64,000 nt of DNA from Anaerolineales bacterium. Its GTDB lineage: Bacteria > Chloroflexota > Anaerolineae > Anaerolineales > RBG-16-64-43. Below are positions 48,154 through 58,057 of the stretch, in pieces (the stretch's first letter is position 1; each line of letters begins with the position of its first letter). A model generated the notes under the pieces. That model was not told the origin of the DNA, made no database searches, and saw only the letters and a list, made by a program, of their open reading frames with translations. The position numbers and the translations under genes were made by a program. The stretch lies in NCBI GenBank assembly GCA_050012135.1, contig JBEKHT010000002.1, positions 71,268 to 135,267 on the forward strand. The letters run 5' to 3'.

Positions 48154-48960
48154 TTGCCCAAGGAGGGTAAAGCCATGCCCCGGATTCTTGCCAATGCCAT
48201 CCAACTGTACTATGAGGAGAACGGCGCTGGTCAGCCCCTGATGTTCATCCACGGGCTGGGATCCAGCACGCGAGACTGGGAGTTTCAGGTTCCAGAGTTT
48301 TCAGGTGCCCATCGAGTAGTCGCCTTTGATCTTCGCGGCCACGGGCGATCCGACAAGCCCGCGGGGCCCTACAGCATGCGCATGTTTTCCGCCGACACGT
48401 CCAGCCTCATGAAAGCACTGGGCCTGAAATCTGCCTCCGTAGTGGGGATATCGCTGGGCGGGGGAATCGCACTTCAACTCGCCCTGGACGCACCCGAGAT
48501 GGTCAAGACCGTGGTGGTAGTCAACAGCGGCCCCGCGATGGTGGGTCCTTCCGCCGATGCCAAGAAGGAAATCGAGACCCGGATCGGGATCGTGCGGCAG
48601 AAGGGCATGCGTGCTATGGGCGAGGCGCTCGGCAGGCAGCTGTTTCCCAAAGCGGAGCAAGAGTCCCTGCGCAGGACTTTCATCGAACGCTGGGCTGAGA
48701 ACGATCCGCAGGCGTACATCGAGACCCTGCTGGCCATGGCGGATTGGAATGTGACGAACCAGCTGGGCTCGATTCGATGCCCGGCGCTTATTATTTCAGC
48801 GGACCAGGACTATTCGCCGGTGGCTGCGAAGGAAGCCTATGTCAAGCTGATGCCAGATGCCGAGCTGGTCGTGATCACGGATGCTCATCATGCAACCCCC
48901 CTCGACCAGCCGAAGAAGTTTAACGCGGCTTTGGCAGCATTCCTGGCTAAGCACCCATGA
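48154..48960 (+). CDS. alpha/beta hydrolase
   Basis: 268 aa. Motifs: LMFIHGLGSSTRDW..AFDLRGHGRSDKP..VVGISLGGGIAL..DAHHATPLDQP. Start is 48154 or 48175. Confidence 0.85.
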   Translation: MPKEGKAMPRILANAIQLYYEENGAGQPLMFIHGLGSSTRDWEFQVPEFSGAHRVVAFDLRGHGRSDKPAGPYSMRMFSADTSSLMKALGLKSASVVGISLGGGIALQLALDAPEMVKTVVVVNSGPAMVGPSADAKKEIETRIGIVRQKGMRAMGEALGRQLFPKAEQESLRRTFIERWAENDPQAYIETLLAMADWNVTNQLGSIRCPALIISADQDYSPVAAKEAYVKLMPDAELVVITDAHHATPLDQPKKFNAALAAFLAKHP

Positions 48961-49405
48961 AAAAGACGGCATTCTAGTCATCAAGGGACCGCGAAAGGGG
49001 AGCCACGGTCTCAAGGGTCTGATTTCTAACGGCGGGCCAGATCTGACTTGGCTTCCTGCACGGCAGGAAGGGGGAAAGCAGGGTGATTTCGGCGGACTTC
49101 AGATCGGCTCGGCAACGGGCCCTTCCAGAGGACCATCGGCTTGCGAATGAGGGATTCCTGCTTTGCAAGAGGCCAGGGAATGCCTTGGACGTGGGGCGGA
49201 GCAGGGGGCGCCGCTCCAGCAGGTTCATCCTGGGATGGGTGTTTCTTTTTGCCACCTCAGGCTCTGGACTGACGGGTGGCAGCGGGCTGGGGGAGCAGGT
49301 GACGGGGCTTTCTCGGGGGTGCTCGATGAGACGCGCCATGACCCCTTTCCGATCGCCTCAACGCGACCCCAGACAGGAACCGGAGAGGAGCTCGAGGTAC
49401 GGCGA

Positions 49406-50167
49406 ATGGCAATAGCTGCTGGCTTCACTCGGATTGTGATCGTCCGAAATGGACCCTATCTGGTCAAGGGCGAGGTGCCGCTGGTCCGCAAAACCCAGGT
49501 CGTTTCCGAATATGGCGAGCCCTTGACATGGAAGAAGGAAGATACGATCGAGACGCCCCTCGGCGAATACGCCCTTTGCCGTTGTGGGCAGTCCGGTCAC
49601 AGGCCATTCTGTGATGGAACCCACCTCCAGATCGACTTTGACGGGACCGAGTCATCTGACACGCGAATGACGACCGTGCGCCAGGTGGTTCTCCAGAACG
49701 ACCCGAGGTTGGTGGTGAAGAAGGATCCGACCCTGTGTATGGACTCGGGCTTCTGTGAAATGCGCAAGACAACTCTGGAGAAATGCCTGACAGATTGCGA
49801 CGACACGCAAGCCCGTTCATTGGCCATGTCCATGGTCGAACGCTGTCCGTCCGGCGCGCTGACTTACCATGTTGGGGTGGGCGAAGCGGACATCGAGCCC
49901 GACCTGCCTCAAGAGGTTGCCGACACGACCGAGATCACCTCCGCCGGAGCCATTGCGGGTCCGCTTTGGGTGGCGGGGGGGATTCCGGTTGAACGGTCCG
50001 ATGCCCAACCGTTCGAGACGCGCAACCGAGTAACCCTGTGCAATTGCGGCCATTCCTCCAACAAGCCCCTTTGCGATGGTACTCACCGGCGTAAAGCAGA
50101 AGCTCTGGCCAGGCAGCGACCTCCAGGAACCAAGAAGCCTGGTTTTTCTCGGGAGCGGGCGCCATAA
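49406..50167 (+). CDS. CDGSH iron-sulfur domain protein (two CDGSH-type motifs)
   Basis: ORF 49163..50167(+) trimmed to MAIAAGFTRIV. Motifs: CRCGQSGHRPFCDGTH and CNCGHSSNKPLCDGTH, with a Cys-rich middle segment. Confidence 0.8.
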   Translation: MAIAAGFTRIVIVRNGPYLVKGEVPLVRKTQVVSEYGEPLTWKKEDTIETPLGEYALCRCGQSGHRPFCDGTHLQIDFDGTESSDTRMTTVRQVVLQNDPRLVVKKDPTLCMDSGFCEMRKTTLEKCLTDCDDTQARSLAMSMVERCPSGALTYHVGVGEADIEPDLPQEVADTTEITSAGAIAGPLWVAGGIPVERSDAQPFETRNRVTLCNCGHSSNKPLCDGTHRRKAEALARQRPPGTKKPGFSRERAP

Positions 50168-50407
50168 GCGAAGGCAAGACGGCAGAGGCTTGGCGCCTCA
50201 CCGAAGCCAGTCCTCATCAATTGCAGATTGCCGAGTTCCAGGCGCATACCCATTTTCCCATCCCAAGGTTGGCCCGAGCCCTTTGATCTGATCAAGAACA
50301 AGCCACGTCACCCCGTGAATGGGCGCCACTCCCTGGTGGCCTCCTCGCCGTTTTCGTCTTCCGCGCAATCAAGAGAAACAAGAACCGCCCTATCGGGCGG
50401 ATTCGAG

Positions 50408-50479
50408 TGGCGAGAGTGGGAATCGAACCCACAACCAAGGGCTTATGAGTCCCCTGCTCTGCCGTTGAGCTACCTCGCC
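50408..50479 (-). tRNA. tRNA with anticodon CAT (Met; a lysidine-type Ile2 cannot be excluded)
   Basis: Hand-folded: GGCGAGG TA GCTC AACGGCA GAGC A GGGGA CTCATAA GCCCT TGGTT GTGGG TTCGATT CCCAC TCTCGCC A. The 7-bp acceptor includes one G-U. The T-loop is TTCGATT. CCA is not encoded. Confidence 0.85.
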
Positions 50480-50669
50480 TCAGGAGAGGGGCTCATTCTA
50501 TCTTGGGGGGCTGGCAGGGTCAAGAAGCCTGAAGCGCTACCAGCCGAGAGGGGCGGTTGATTTCGTCTGCATCTGAGGCAAAGACTGAAGGTATCGGGCA
50601 TGGCCCTCGCGTGGCTGGGGCCCCCTTCCGGCCCGGAGCCGGTCAAGGCCCACCATGGGCACAGCCAGG

Positions 50670-51272
50670 TCAAGCGAGGTCTTTGCTGTTGCCCATCACG
50701 CGGCCCAAGAAATCGCGCACCACGTGGCTGGGGATGGCCACGCCTACGTCCGGACCGGTGATCATTGTGTTCAAGCCAACAAGATTCCCCCCTGCGTCAA
50801 TTAGCGGGCCTCCCGAATACCCGGGTCGCATGCGAATGGCAGCCACCAGGTACTCATGCTCCTTCCGCCCTCCGTCTGGCAAACTGTTCTCCAAGCCGAT
50901 CAACGAGCCGCAAGTTACGGCTGCCTGGCCTCCCCAGGGATGGCCTAAGGCGATGACCCAATCCCCCGCACGAAGCGACCACGAATCACCGAGCGGGAGG
51001 GGGACAAGGGCTGCGTGGGCATCGGTCCTGAGCAGTGCAAGATCCTCTTTCTCGTCCTGGGCCACAACGCTGGCCTCGATCGCCTCCTCGCCCTCGCTTC
51101 CGATTCGGACCTTGGTCGAGCCCGACACAACGTGAGCGCTAGTCAAAAGCCAACCCTGAGCCGAGATCGCCACTGCAGTGCCCAGCCCGCGCTTCCCGTT
51201 CTGGACCCAGCGCAGACTCTTCCGGGCAGCCCGGACTACCTCTGCAGATTCAACGTTTATTTCGCGAAGCAC
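50670..51272 (-). CDS. trypsin-like serine protease (S1C), no PDZ domain, no signal peptide seen
   Basis: 200 aa. Motifs: GTAVAISAQGWLLTSAHVV (His), EDLALL (Asp), RPGYSGGPLIDAGGNLVGLN (Ser). Confidence 0.8.
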   Translation of the reverse strand: MLREINVESAEVVRAARKSLRWVQNGKRGLGTAVAISAQGWLLTSAHVVSGSTKVRIGSEGEEAIEASVVAQDEKEDLALLRTDAHAALVPLPLGDSWSLRAGDWVIALGHPWGGQAAVTCGSLIGLENSLPDGGRKEHEYLVAAIRMRPGYSGGPLIDAGGNLVGLNTMITGPDVGVAIPSHVVRDFLGRVMGNSKDLA

Positions 51273-51304
51273 AGCTACTCTCTCCCATCAAGGCGGGGAA
51301 AGAC

Positions 51305-52249
51305 CTATTTTCTCTCCCCGATAGTGACCTCGAGCTCCCGCTCCTGTCCGCCTCGGATCAAGCGGGCTCGGACTCTCTGGCCGACGGTCTCCGGGCCAAG
51401 GGCGGTCATCAGGTCGTCCAAGTGGCGCACGCGCAGGCTGCCTACCCCCACGAGCGTGTCTCCCAGCATGAGCCCCGCCTGTTCGGCGGGCCCGCCTGGC
51501 TCGACCGAGATCAGGAGCAGGCCAATGTCTTGGCCAAGCTTCTCGGCCAGGGGGCGGGGCAGGTGAGCCGGCTGGGCTGTCAGCCCTAGGAAGCCTCTGC
51601 GAACCCGACCGTGCTGAAGTAGTATCTCCATGACCTGCCTGATCGTGTCGGCAGGGAGGGTGAGGCTTGCACCGCGCAGGATTCCTGAAGTGTTCATGCC
51701 CACAAAGTTGCCCTCGGCGTCCACCAAGGCCCCACCGGAGAACCCCGGGTACATGACCACATCGGTTTGCAGGTAGGCGCTCATGCGGCCTCCGGCCGGT
51801 GTCCTCCAGCTCTCTTCCAGTGAGCTCACAACTCCGAGCGTGGCAAACACGGACCTACCTGGCCGCCCAAGGGCAAGGACGAGGTGGCCGACACGCAGGC
51901 TGGACAGGGCCGCCCATGTTCCTGCAGCAACAGCCCCACCCTCCAGGCGCAGTGCCGCCAGGTCAATGGCTGGATCTCGTCCGATCAATTTCGCAGCGAC
52001 CACCCTTCCGTCGGCCAGACCGACCTGAATATCCTCCTCTCGCTCAAGGACGTGGTGGGCAGTGACAACCACCCCATCATTGGAGAAGATAATTCCACTG
52101 GCTGACAGCCGCGGTCGCCCGTCCACCCGGACAATGCTGGGCGCAGCTCGTTCGACCAATCCGGCCAGTTCATCGGCGAAGCCTCTCAGGTTCGTCCCCA
52201 TGTTCCGCCTCCCATCCATCGGTCTCCAATTCCGTCTGACGTCGAGCAT
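51305..52249 (-). CDS. HtrA/DegP-like S1C serine protease with a C-terminal PDZ domain, no signal peptide seen
   Basis: 314 aa. Motifs: SGIIFSNDGVVVTAHHV..DLAALRL..YPGFSGGALVDAEGNFVGMN. The PDZ part is GLLLISVEPGGPAEQAGLMLGDTLVGVG. The start is among ATGs at 52249, 52219 and 52201. Confidence 0.85.
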   Translation of the reverse strand: MLDVRRNWRPMDGRRNMGTNLRGFADELAGLVERAAPSIVRVDGRPRLSASGIIFSNDGVVVTAHHVLEREEDIQVGLADGRVVAAKLIGRDPAIDLAALRLEGGAVAAGTWAALSSLRVGHLVLALGRPGRSVFATLGVVSSLEESWRTPAGGRMSAYLQTDVVMYPGFSGGALVDAEGNFVGMNTSGILRGASLTLPADTIRQVMEILLQHGRVRRGFLGLTAQPAHLPRPLAEKLGQDIGLLLISVEPGGPAEQAGLMLGDTLVGVGSLRVRHLDDLMTALGPETVGQRVRARLIRGGQERELEVTIGERK

Positions 52250-52313
52250 ACCCCTCGGATCGGGTCGAGGACATCCTCCACCCGATCAGTTGAGACCTAG
52301 ACTTTCAGTTAGG

Positions 52314-52937
52314 TCAGACGGGGATCAGCCCGGATCGAGCCGCAACGACGACTGCTTCTGTGCGGCTCTGCGCTCCGAGTTTGCGCAGGATGGCATTTAC
52401 GTGGAACTTCACCGTGTGCTCGCTGATCGAGAGCTGGCTGGCGATGGCCTTGTTGGAAAGCCCTCCGGCCAGGAGCAGGAGAACCTCTCGTTCACGCGGG
52501 GAGAGGGGATCGAGAGGAGAGGATCCGTCCGGTAGAACGCGGGAAGTTATCTGGTCGGCCAACCCGGGGTCCAGGACGAGGTTGCCGCTGGCTGCGGCAA
52601 GGAGTGCCGAAGTCACAGCCTGAGGGCTCACGTCCCGAAGCAGATGTCCCCGAGCGCCGGCCTCCCAGCTGGCAGCGAAGCTGTCCGGCCCGGAAAGGAG
52701 GGCCACGACCGGGGCTACCTCCTGCAACGCGCTGATGAGTTCGTGCGGCTCGGAAGTCTCGGGACCCATCTCGAGCAGAATAGCATCGGGATGAAACAGG
52801 GCGGCTTGCTCGGCCGGATTGTCTCCGGGCGGCAGTTGGGCCACGACCTCGATTCCAGGAGCCCCTCCCAGGAGCGCAGCCAGGGCGGCTCTCGAAAGCG
52901 TGTCCTTGCTCAGAATGAGAATGCGCAGATCCGGCAT
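52314..52937 (-). CDS. LuxR/NarL-family response regulator with an atypical (non-phosphorylatable-looking) receiver domain
   Basis: 207 aa. The HTH is LSPREREVLLLLAGGLSNKAIASQLSISEHTVKFHVNAILRKLG. In the receiver, ILILSKDT replaces the DD pair, DAILLEMG has Glu at the phospho-Asp position, and HLLRD has Arg for the conserved Lys. Confidence 0.85.
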   Translation of the reverse strand: MPDLRILILSKDTLSRAALAALLGGAPGIEVVAQLPPGDNPAEQAALFHPDAILLEMGPETSEPHELISALQEVAPVVALLSGPDSFAASWEAGARGHLLRDVSPQAVTSALLAAASGNLVLDPGLADQITSRVLPDGSSPLDPLSPREREVLLLLAGGLSNKAIASQLSISEHTVKFHVNAILRKLGAQSRTEAVVVAARSGLIPV

Positions 52938-53151
52938 CGCCCTCTCGACTTAGGGACCTGATCCGATTCTCTCACAGGTCAGCGGCGGGCCGATGCTCGT
53001 CGCCTGAGCGGCCGAGTAACGTGCGAGATTGTCGCGCCGCCCCCCTCGGCAGGGCGAGCGGAATGAAACGACCCCGCCGATTGCGGATCAGCGCAGCCGG
53101 CGGGGTCTACACGCGACTCACCTTGCGGCAGAGCCCGATGGGGATTCTCCT

Positions 53152-53979
53152 TCAGACGTGTTTCTTCAGCCAGGTTTCAACGTCCGCGAAAACCCTCTCA
53201 CGCTCAATGTCATTGTGCGGCTCGTGGTAGCCCTGTTCATAGATGTGCAGCTCTTTGTCGGCAATGGGCAGGGCATCGAAGAAGAGCTGGCTGCCGCGGG
53301 GGGAAACGATCCGATCCCCGCCCCCGTGCAGGATGATGACCGGAACCCGCCAATCCTGCAGGTGAGCTTTGATCCATTCGATGGTGTTCAGGAATTCCGT
53401 GCCCCAGCGGGGGGACGACTTCCCGTGGACCAAGGGGTCTTCCTGATAGGCCTTGACCACCGCCGGATCGCGTGAGATGGCTTCGACCTCCAAGCCCGTA
53501 GTCAGGCTGAACGTTGGCCAGAGGCGCGAGAGCACCTTGGCAACCGCGATGAGGGCGGGGCTAGCCACCGGTTCGAGCGCCGAGCCACTGATCACGGCCC
53601 CGCGCAAGCCCTCCGGATAGTGCAGGGCGTAGTCCATGGAAATCAGTGAGCCCATGCTGTGTCCCCACTGGAACAGGCTTGCCTTGGGCTCTCGCCCTCT
53701 CACCAATTCCATGAATGCATGCGTATCCTCTCGGTACTCGGCCCAGGAATTGATGTGCCCGCGCTGGCCTGGGGATCGGCCGTGTCCGCGCAAATCGAAG
53801 CCATAGACCGCATAGCCACGCGGCACGAAGTAACTGACCACATTCCCGTAGCGGGCGCTGTGCTCCCCAACGCCGTGAACAATGCACAGGACGGCCCGAA
53901 AGGGCCCGTCGGGGAGCCAGTTCTGGTAGTAGAGCTCTAGTCCACCCATGCCCTTGAACGAACCTTCTGTGTGCTTCAT
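53152..53979 (-). CDS. alpha/beta hydrolase, lysophospholipase/monoacylglycerol-lipase-like
   Basis: 275 aa. Motifs: CIVHGVGEHSARY..GFDLRGHGRS..QWGHSMGSLI..ILHGGGDRIV..GYHEPHND. Confidence 0.85.
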   Translation of the reverse strand: MKHTEGSFKGMGGLELYYQNWLPDGPFRAVLCIVHGVGEHSARYGNVVSYFVPRGYAVYGFDLRGHGRSPGQRGHINSWAEYREDTHAFMELVRGREPKASLFQWGHSMGSLISMDYALHYPEGLRGAVISGSALEPVASPALIAVAKVLSRLWPTFSLTTGLEVEAISRDPAVVKAYQEDPLVHGKSSPRWGTEFLNTIEWIKAHLQDWRVPVIILHGGGDRIVSPRGSQLFFDALPIADKELHIYEQGYHEPHNDIERERVFADVETWLKKHV

Positions 53980-54500
53980 TGGGCGGCCCTCCTGAAGGGG
54001 TTTGGATCCACGGACCTTGCGAAGAATCGACCTTCGATCGCAGATGCGGAAACGCTCAGTGTTATCCTTGACCCCCGCAACTCAAGCCCGCCCAGGGGAG
54101 GCAACATGCCGGGGGCACGGGCGGAGGCCCTAATTTCAGCGAGGAGACTGCCACGGAGAGGAAAGGGACGGCTTCGGCATCGGCCGGGCGGCAGACCCCC
54201 GAAGCAAGTCGCGGGAAGCCCCGTCAAGCCGAGCGCGTCTTCCCTGGGCTGTGCCTCTGAGGGAGAAAACCGCACTTGGGAATGGAGGAAGAGTATCGCG
54301 GAGCAAGGGTTCCAGTGGTCCGATCCGTTGAGCCGTTGGCGATTCCAGGGAGCTGAATTGGGACCGTTGGGTTGGATAGCCCCTCCCTCGCTGTGATCCC
54401 GAGTTCCGCCTGGTCTTGAGCGTTTCGGCGATTTGATCGGGATTCCCCACGGGTGGGTCAACTCGTCCAGCCGCTGAGCCCGTTGTTGGGGTCGCACGCA

Positions 54501-54875
54501 CTAGACTCTGGCGCCCTTGGGCCAGCGTTCCGCGAGCCAGCCGCCCAGGGCACCCGCGAATCCTGAGCAGGGAATGGCCGCAATCAGAATCCAACTGGGC
54601 CCCAGAACGTAGACGAAATCCACGATCCCCAGGACTAGCCCAAGCGCCAGCCCATAGCGGACGCGATCTCGCCCTGCGAGCCGGCCGCTCACGTATCCGC
54701 CGGCGACGAAGGACAGCAGCGTCACGGCGACCAGAGTGACGAGCTTGTAGACGCCACTTTGGCTCAGGGGCAGAAGCCAAGCCAAAGCGAGGAGGAGCCC
54801 GAGGGCGATCAAGGCCCCCAGGCAGCCCATACCGAAAGAGAGGGCAGTCGATCCTCGGCGTTCGGCGGGTGGCAT
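54501..54875 (-). CDS. small polytopic membrane protein
   Basis: ORF 54501..55052(-) trimmed to MPPAERRGSTALSFGMGCLGALIALGLLLALAWLL. About 4 hydrophobic helices. Confidence 0.55.
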   Translation of the reverse strand: MPPAERRGSTALSFGMGCLGALIALGLLLALAWLLPLSQSGVYKLVTLVAVTLLSFVAGGYVSGRLAGRDRVRYGLALGLVLGIVDFVYVLGPSWILIAAIPCSGFAGALGGWLAERWPKGARV

Positions 54876-55261
54876 GGGAATACCTCCGCAAGAGACCAAT
54901 TCTAAGGATTGAGTCCTGATCGAGTTGCGCAGAGCACTTCTGCAGAGGTATTCGAGTTGCCCGACCTGGCGATTCCCTATCGCCATTGTCATTCTACATT
55001 CTCCCAGGGATCCAGGCAACTTGCGAAATCTGAACAAGTCGGCTGTTTCCACCGCTCAATCGTCCCACTTCTTCATGGAGATGCGAGTGGTTTTCGAGAA
55101 GAAGGCCGGGCGGGCCTGCGTGAGATTGGGACTCTCCATGGAATCAGACAATGACATTGGTCTACTCTGCCCGGGAACGGCACCTGAGGTCGGAGTGAAC
55201 CCACCGCGACATCGCGCCGGCCCTTAGCAAGGAAGTCCCACCCCGAAGGAGAGGCGATAAC

Positions 55262-55951
55262 ATGGCAGAGGTACGTGAGAGGATGATTGAGTTCCGGAGC
55301 AATTCACACACCACGCCGGCTTACCTGACCGAGCCGACTGACGTGGGGGAGCACCCCGGTGTGGTGATCATTCAGGAATGGTGGGGCTTAGTCCCTCATA
55401 TCAAGGATGTTGCCGAGCGTCTCGCTCGCGAGGGGTTCATTGTCCTCGCCCCCGACCTGTATCACGGGAAGGCCTCCACGGAGCCCGATGAGGCGCGCAA
55501 GCTCGCGATGGGCCTGGATCGAGATCGGGCAGTGGCCGAAATCGACGCCGCTGCGCGATTCCTGACCGAAATGGGTCGGGTCAGGCCGAAGAGGGCCGGA
55601 ACGGTGGGCTGGTGCATGGGCGGGGGGCTTGCTCTCTCCACGGCGGCGAGCTCGAAACTGTTGGGTGCAACCGTGTCCTTTTATGGTCGACCGGTTTCGG
55701 AGGAGGACACGGCCCGGATCGCCTCGCCCGTCCTGGGTCTCTATGGGGAGGAGGATCATGGGATCGCGCTCAGCGCACTCCGGGATTTTGAGGCAGCCCT
55801 CCAGAAGGCTCGGGTGGTGCACGAGATGCATGTTTATCCCAGAGCCGGCCACGCCTTCTTCAATGATACTCGTCCGGAGGCATACAACCCCAGTGCCGCG
55901 GCAGACGCCCGGAAGAGGATGCTCTCCTGGTTGCGGGCGAATTTGGTCTGA
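55262..55951 (+). CDS. dienelactone hydrolase family protein
   Basis: 229 aa. Motifs: GVVIIQEWWGL..APDLYHG..GWCMGGGLAL..GEEDHGI..YPRAGHAFFND. Confidence 0.9.
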   Translation: MAEVRERMIEFRSNSHTTPAYLTEPTDVGEHPGVVIIQEWWGLVPHIKDVAERLAREGFIVLAPDLYHGKASTEPDEARKLAMGLDRDRAVAEIDAAARFLTEMGRVRPKRAGTVGWCMGGGLALSTAASSKLLGATVSFYGRPVSEEDTARIASPVLGLYGEEDHGIALSALRDFEAALQKARVVHEMHVYPRAGHAFFNDTRPEAYNPSAAADARKRMLSWLRANLV

Positions 55952-56076
55952 GGGGCCGACGGGGAGACGGCGGGAGTTGGGGCCTTGAAATCCGCGCAGG
56001 CGAACGACTCCAAAGTCGCGCCGTTGCGGATCCCCGCCAACGGACCGAAGGGGTCCGGAGGGCAGGCGCACCAGTC

Positions 56077-56922
56077 CTATGCCCGACGGACGACCAATCC
56101 GATAGTCCCTGGCCCGCCGTGCACCGCTAGGGACTGGGCAAGGTCTGCCGTGAGAGCTTCCTTGACGCTGAAGTGAGCTTTTGCCCGAGCAAGCAGGCCC
56201 TCGGCCTCATCGGGGACAAGGGCGTGGATCACGGCCAGTTGCACGGGATTCTCGCGTCCCACGGACTCCTCTGCCAAGCTGAGGAGTCTGTCGATGGCTT
56301 TGGCCCGCGTGCGAACATTCTCAACCGCCTCGAGTGTCCCGTTCTTCACCGCAATGATCGGCTTGACGTTCAAGAGTGACGCGATCGCACCTTGGAGCTT
56401 TCCCACCCGGCCGCTCAGCTGGAGGTATTTGAGGGTGGAGGGGGTCAGGTAGATGAAGGTTCCGGCGCGGATTGTCTCCAGCCTGCGCAGGATGGAGGAA
56501 CGATCCTCGCCGGCCTCGGCCGACCGAACGGCCTCGAGGATCTGCATGCCGGTTCCCAGGGAGATGCTGGCCGAATCGAACACCTCCACGTCGGCGCCGG
56601 GAACAAGGGACTTGGCCAAGACGGCCGACTGGTAGGTGCCGCTGTGCTTGGAGGTGATCGTCACCACCAGAACAGGGTTCCCCTCGCTGGCCGCCTCCTG
56701 GTAGTACCGAGTGAACCAGCCCGGGGCAGGCTGCGATGTAGTCGGAATGATCCCGAGTTCCTCGATCTTTCGATAGAAGGTGTCCCGGTCGATGGTCAAG
56801 CCTTCGTCGAAGGATTCGTTGCCGAACTGAATGCTGATTGGCGCCACGCGAACACCGTGAAGCTTGAGCCACTCCGGGGGAAGATTGCACGTGCTGTCCG
56901 TGATGATCCGCAGCATGCCCAA
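56077..56922 (-). CDS. DegV family fatty-acid-binding protein
   Basis: 281 aa. Motifs: LRIITDSTCNLP..TTSQPAPGWF..ITSKHSGTYQSA..LKYLQLSGRV. Confidence 0.9.
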   Translation of the reverse strand: MGMLRIITDSTCNLPPEWLKLHGVRVAPISIQFGNESFDEGLTIDRDTFYRKIEELGIIPTTSQPAPGWFTRYYQEAASEGNPVLVVTITSKHSGTYQSAVLAKSLVPGADVEVFDSASISLGTGMQILEAVRSAEAGEDRSSILRRLETIRAGTFIYLTPSTLKYLQLSGRVGKLQGAIASLLNVKPIIAVKNGTLEAVENVRTRAKAIDRLLSLAEESVGRENPVQLAVIHALVPDEAEGLLARAKAHFSVKEALTADLAQSLAVHGGPGTIGLVVRRA

Positions 56923-57628
56923 TTCCTCCTCTACCTGCAGGGTGTTGCTACCTCATCCTTAAGGTCGTGGGCCCGTCTCTGATGGAGTGCCGGCTGGGGT
57001 TTCCGGCGCGGCCGGGATCAGAGGTTGCCCAAGCCCGTCCGGCTCAAGAGAGACGACCACATTGTCTCAGAAAGTGGACATCCTGGGCGGGGCTCTCCGC
57101 GCAAGGGGCAGCAACTAGACGTATTCTAGTCTTCTCCGGGAATCGCGCCTGTCCCCTGGGGGCCAAAGATCTCATCAGATCGAACTCTAGCCAACACCAA
57201 GGCTTTTCCCCGGCCAGGGGAATCTGGATTCGGTTCGCTTTTTGCCGCGAAGGACAGGCAACATTGTGCGGGGGTAGGAAAACCGGGTCCGGGTTGGAAC
57301 ATCTTCGTGCTCAAGGGCGGGCCCGAGGGGCGGTGCAGCCAAAGAAGGGAGGACCTCTCACGGCCAGGGGCGCGCCCACGCATCCTTCCTCCTGCGGCCG
57401 GTTGCGAGGACCCAGCATTGGCCGAGGCCTTCCATAACTCCTTGGGATTCCCTGGGTAGACGGCCGAAATGGCGGGAACGCGACCCGGCAGGTCGAGCAC
57501 ACCAGTCTGCCATCGCGGATACTGGGGTGAGGCTACGCGGCCTGGACGGAATTATGTCTGTGGGAGGATCGCGCAGGGTGGGTGAGAGGAGCGCACCTGG
57601 TCAGGCCATGGTCCTTCTTCCGGTCGCA

Positions 57629-58057
57629 ATGGTAGAATTGCGCCGAATTGGCCGCTGGGATGGACTCTTGATTCGACGATCCGTATTCGTTATTGTGGTT
57701 TCTCTCCTCCTCTTTCTCAGCGCCTGCGCTGCGTCAAAGGACCCGTCCGCTCGTGCTGTTGAGGAGCTTCTCCAGGCTCTTGTGCGGAGAGACGAGGCGC
57801 GCTACTCGGCCCTGACCTGTCCTTCCTACGAGCAGAGCGCCCTGGTGGAATATGATTCGTTCGGCCTCGTCACCGCGGATCTCAAGGATGTTTCCTGCAG
57901 GCAGACAGGCGTCGACGGGAGCACCGCGCTGGTCCATTGCACAGGCAGCATTGAAGCCACCTATGGAAATGAGGTCCAGAGCTTCGACTTGAGCCTGCGC
58001 ACCTATCATGTGAGCTTGCTAGGCGGAGACTGGCTCGTCTGTGGGTACAGCAAATAG
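57629..58057 (+). CDS. putative lipoprotein
   Basis: ORF 57527..58057(+). Signal peptide plus lipobox: VFVIVVSLLLFLSAC. The start is uncertain (57608 or 57629). Confidence 0.6.
   Translation: MVELRRIGRWDGLLIRRSVFVIVVSLLLFLSACAASKDPSARAVEELLQALVRRDEARYSALTCPSYEQSALVEYDSFGLVTADLKDVSCRQTGVDGSTALVHCTGSIEATYGNEVQSFDLSLRTYHVSLLGGDWLVCGYSK

Noticed and set aside
50408-50479. An A31-G39 mismatch at the bottom of the anticodon stem, and the question of initiator versus elongator versus Ile2 identity.
   Set aside because: By-eye folding cannot discriminate these. The first acceptor pair is G-C, so it is not a bacterial initiator-type C-A mismatch. It is left as tRNA(CAT).
50170-50670. The tRNA-Met flank as a possible integration hotspot or genomic island border.
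   Set aside because: There is no integrase, no transposase, and no duplicated tRNA 3' segment nearby. The flanking genes are ordinary.
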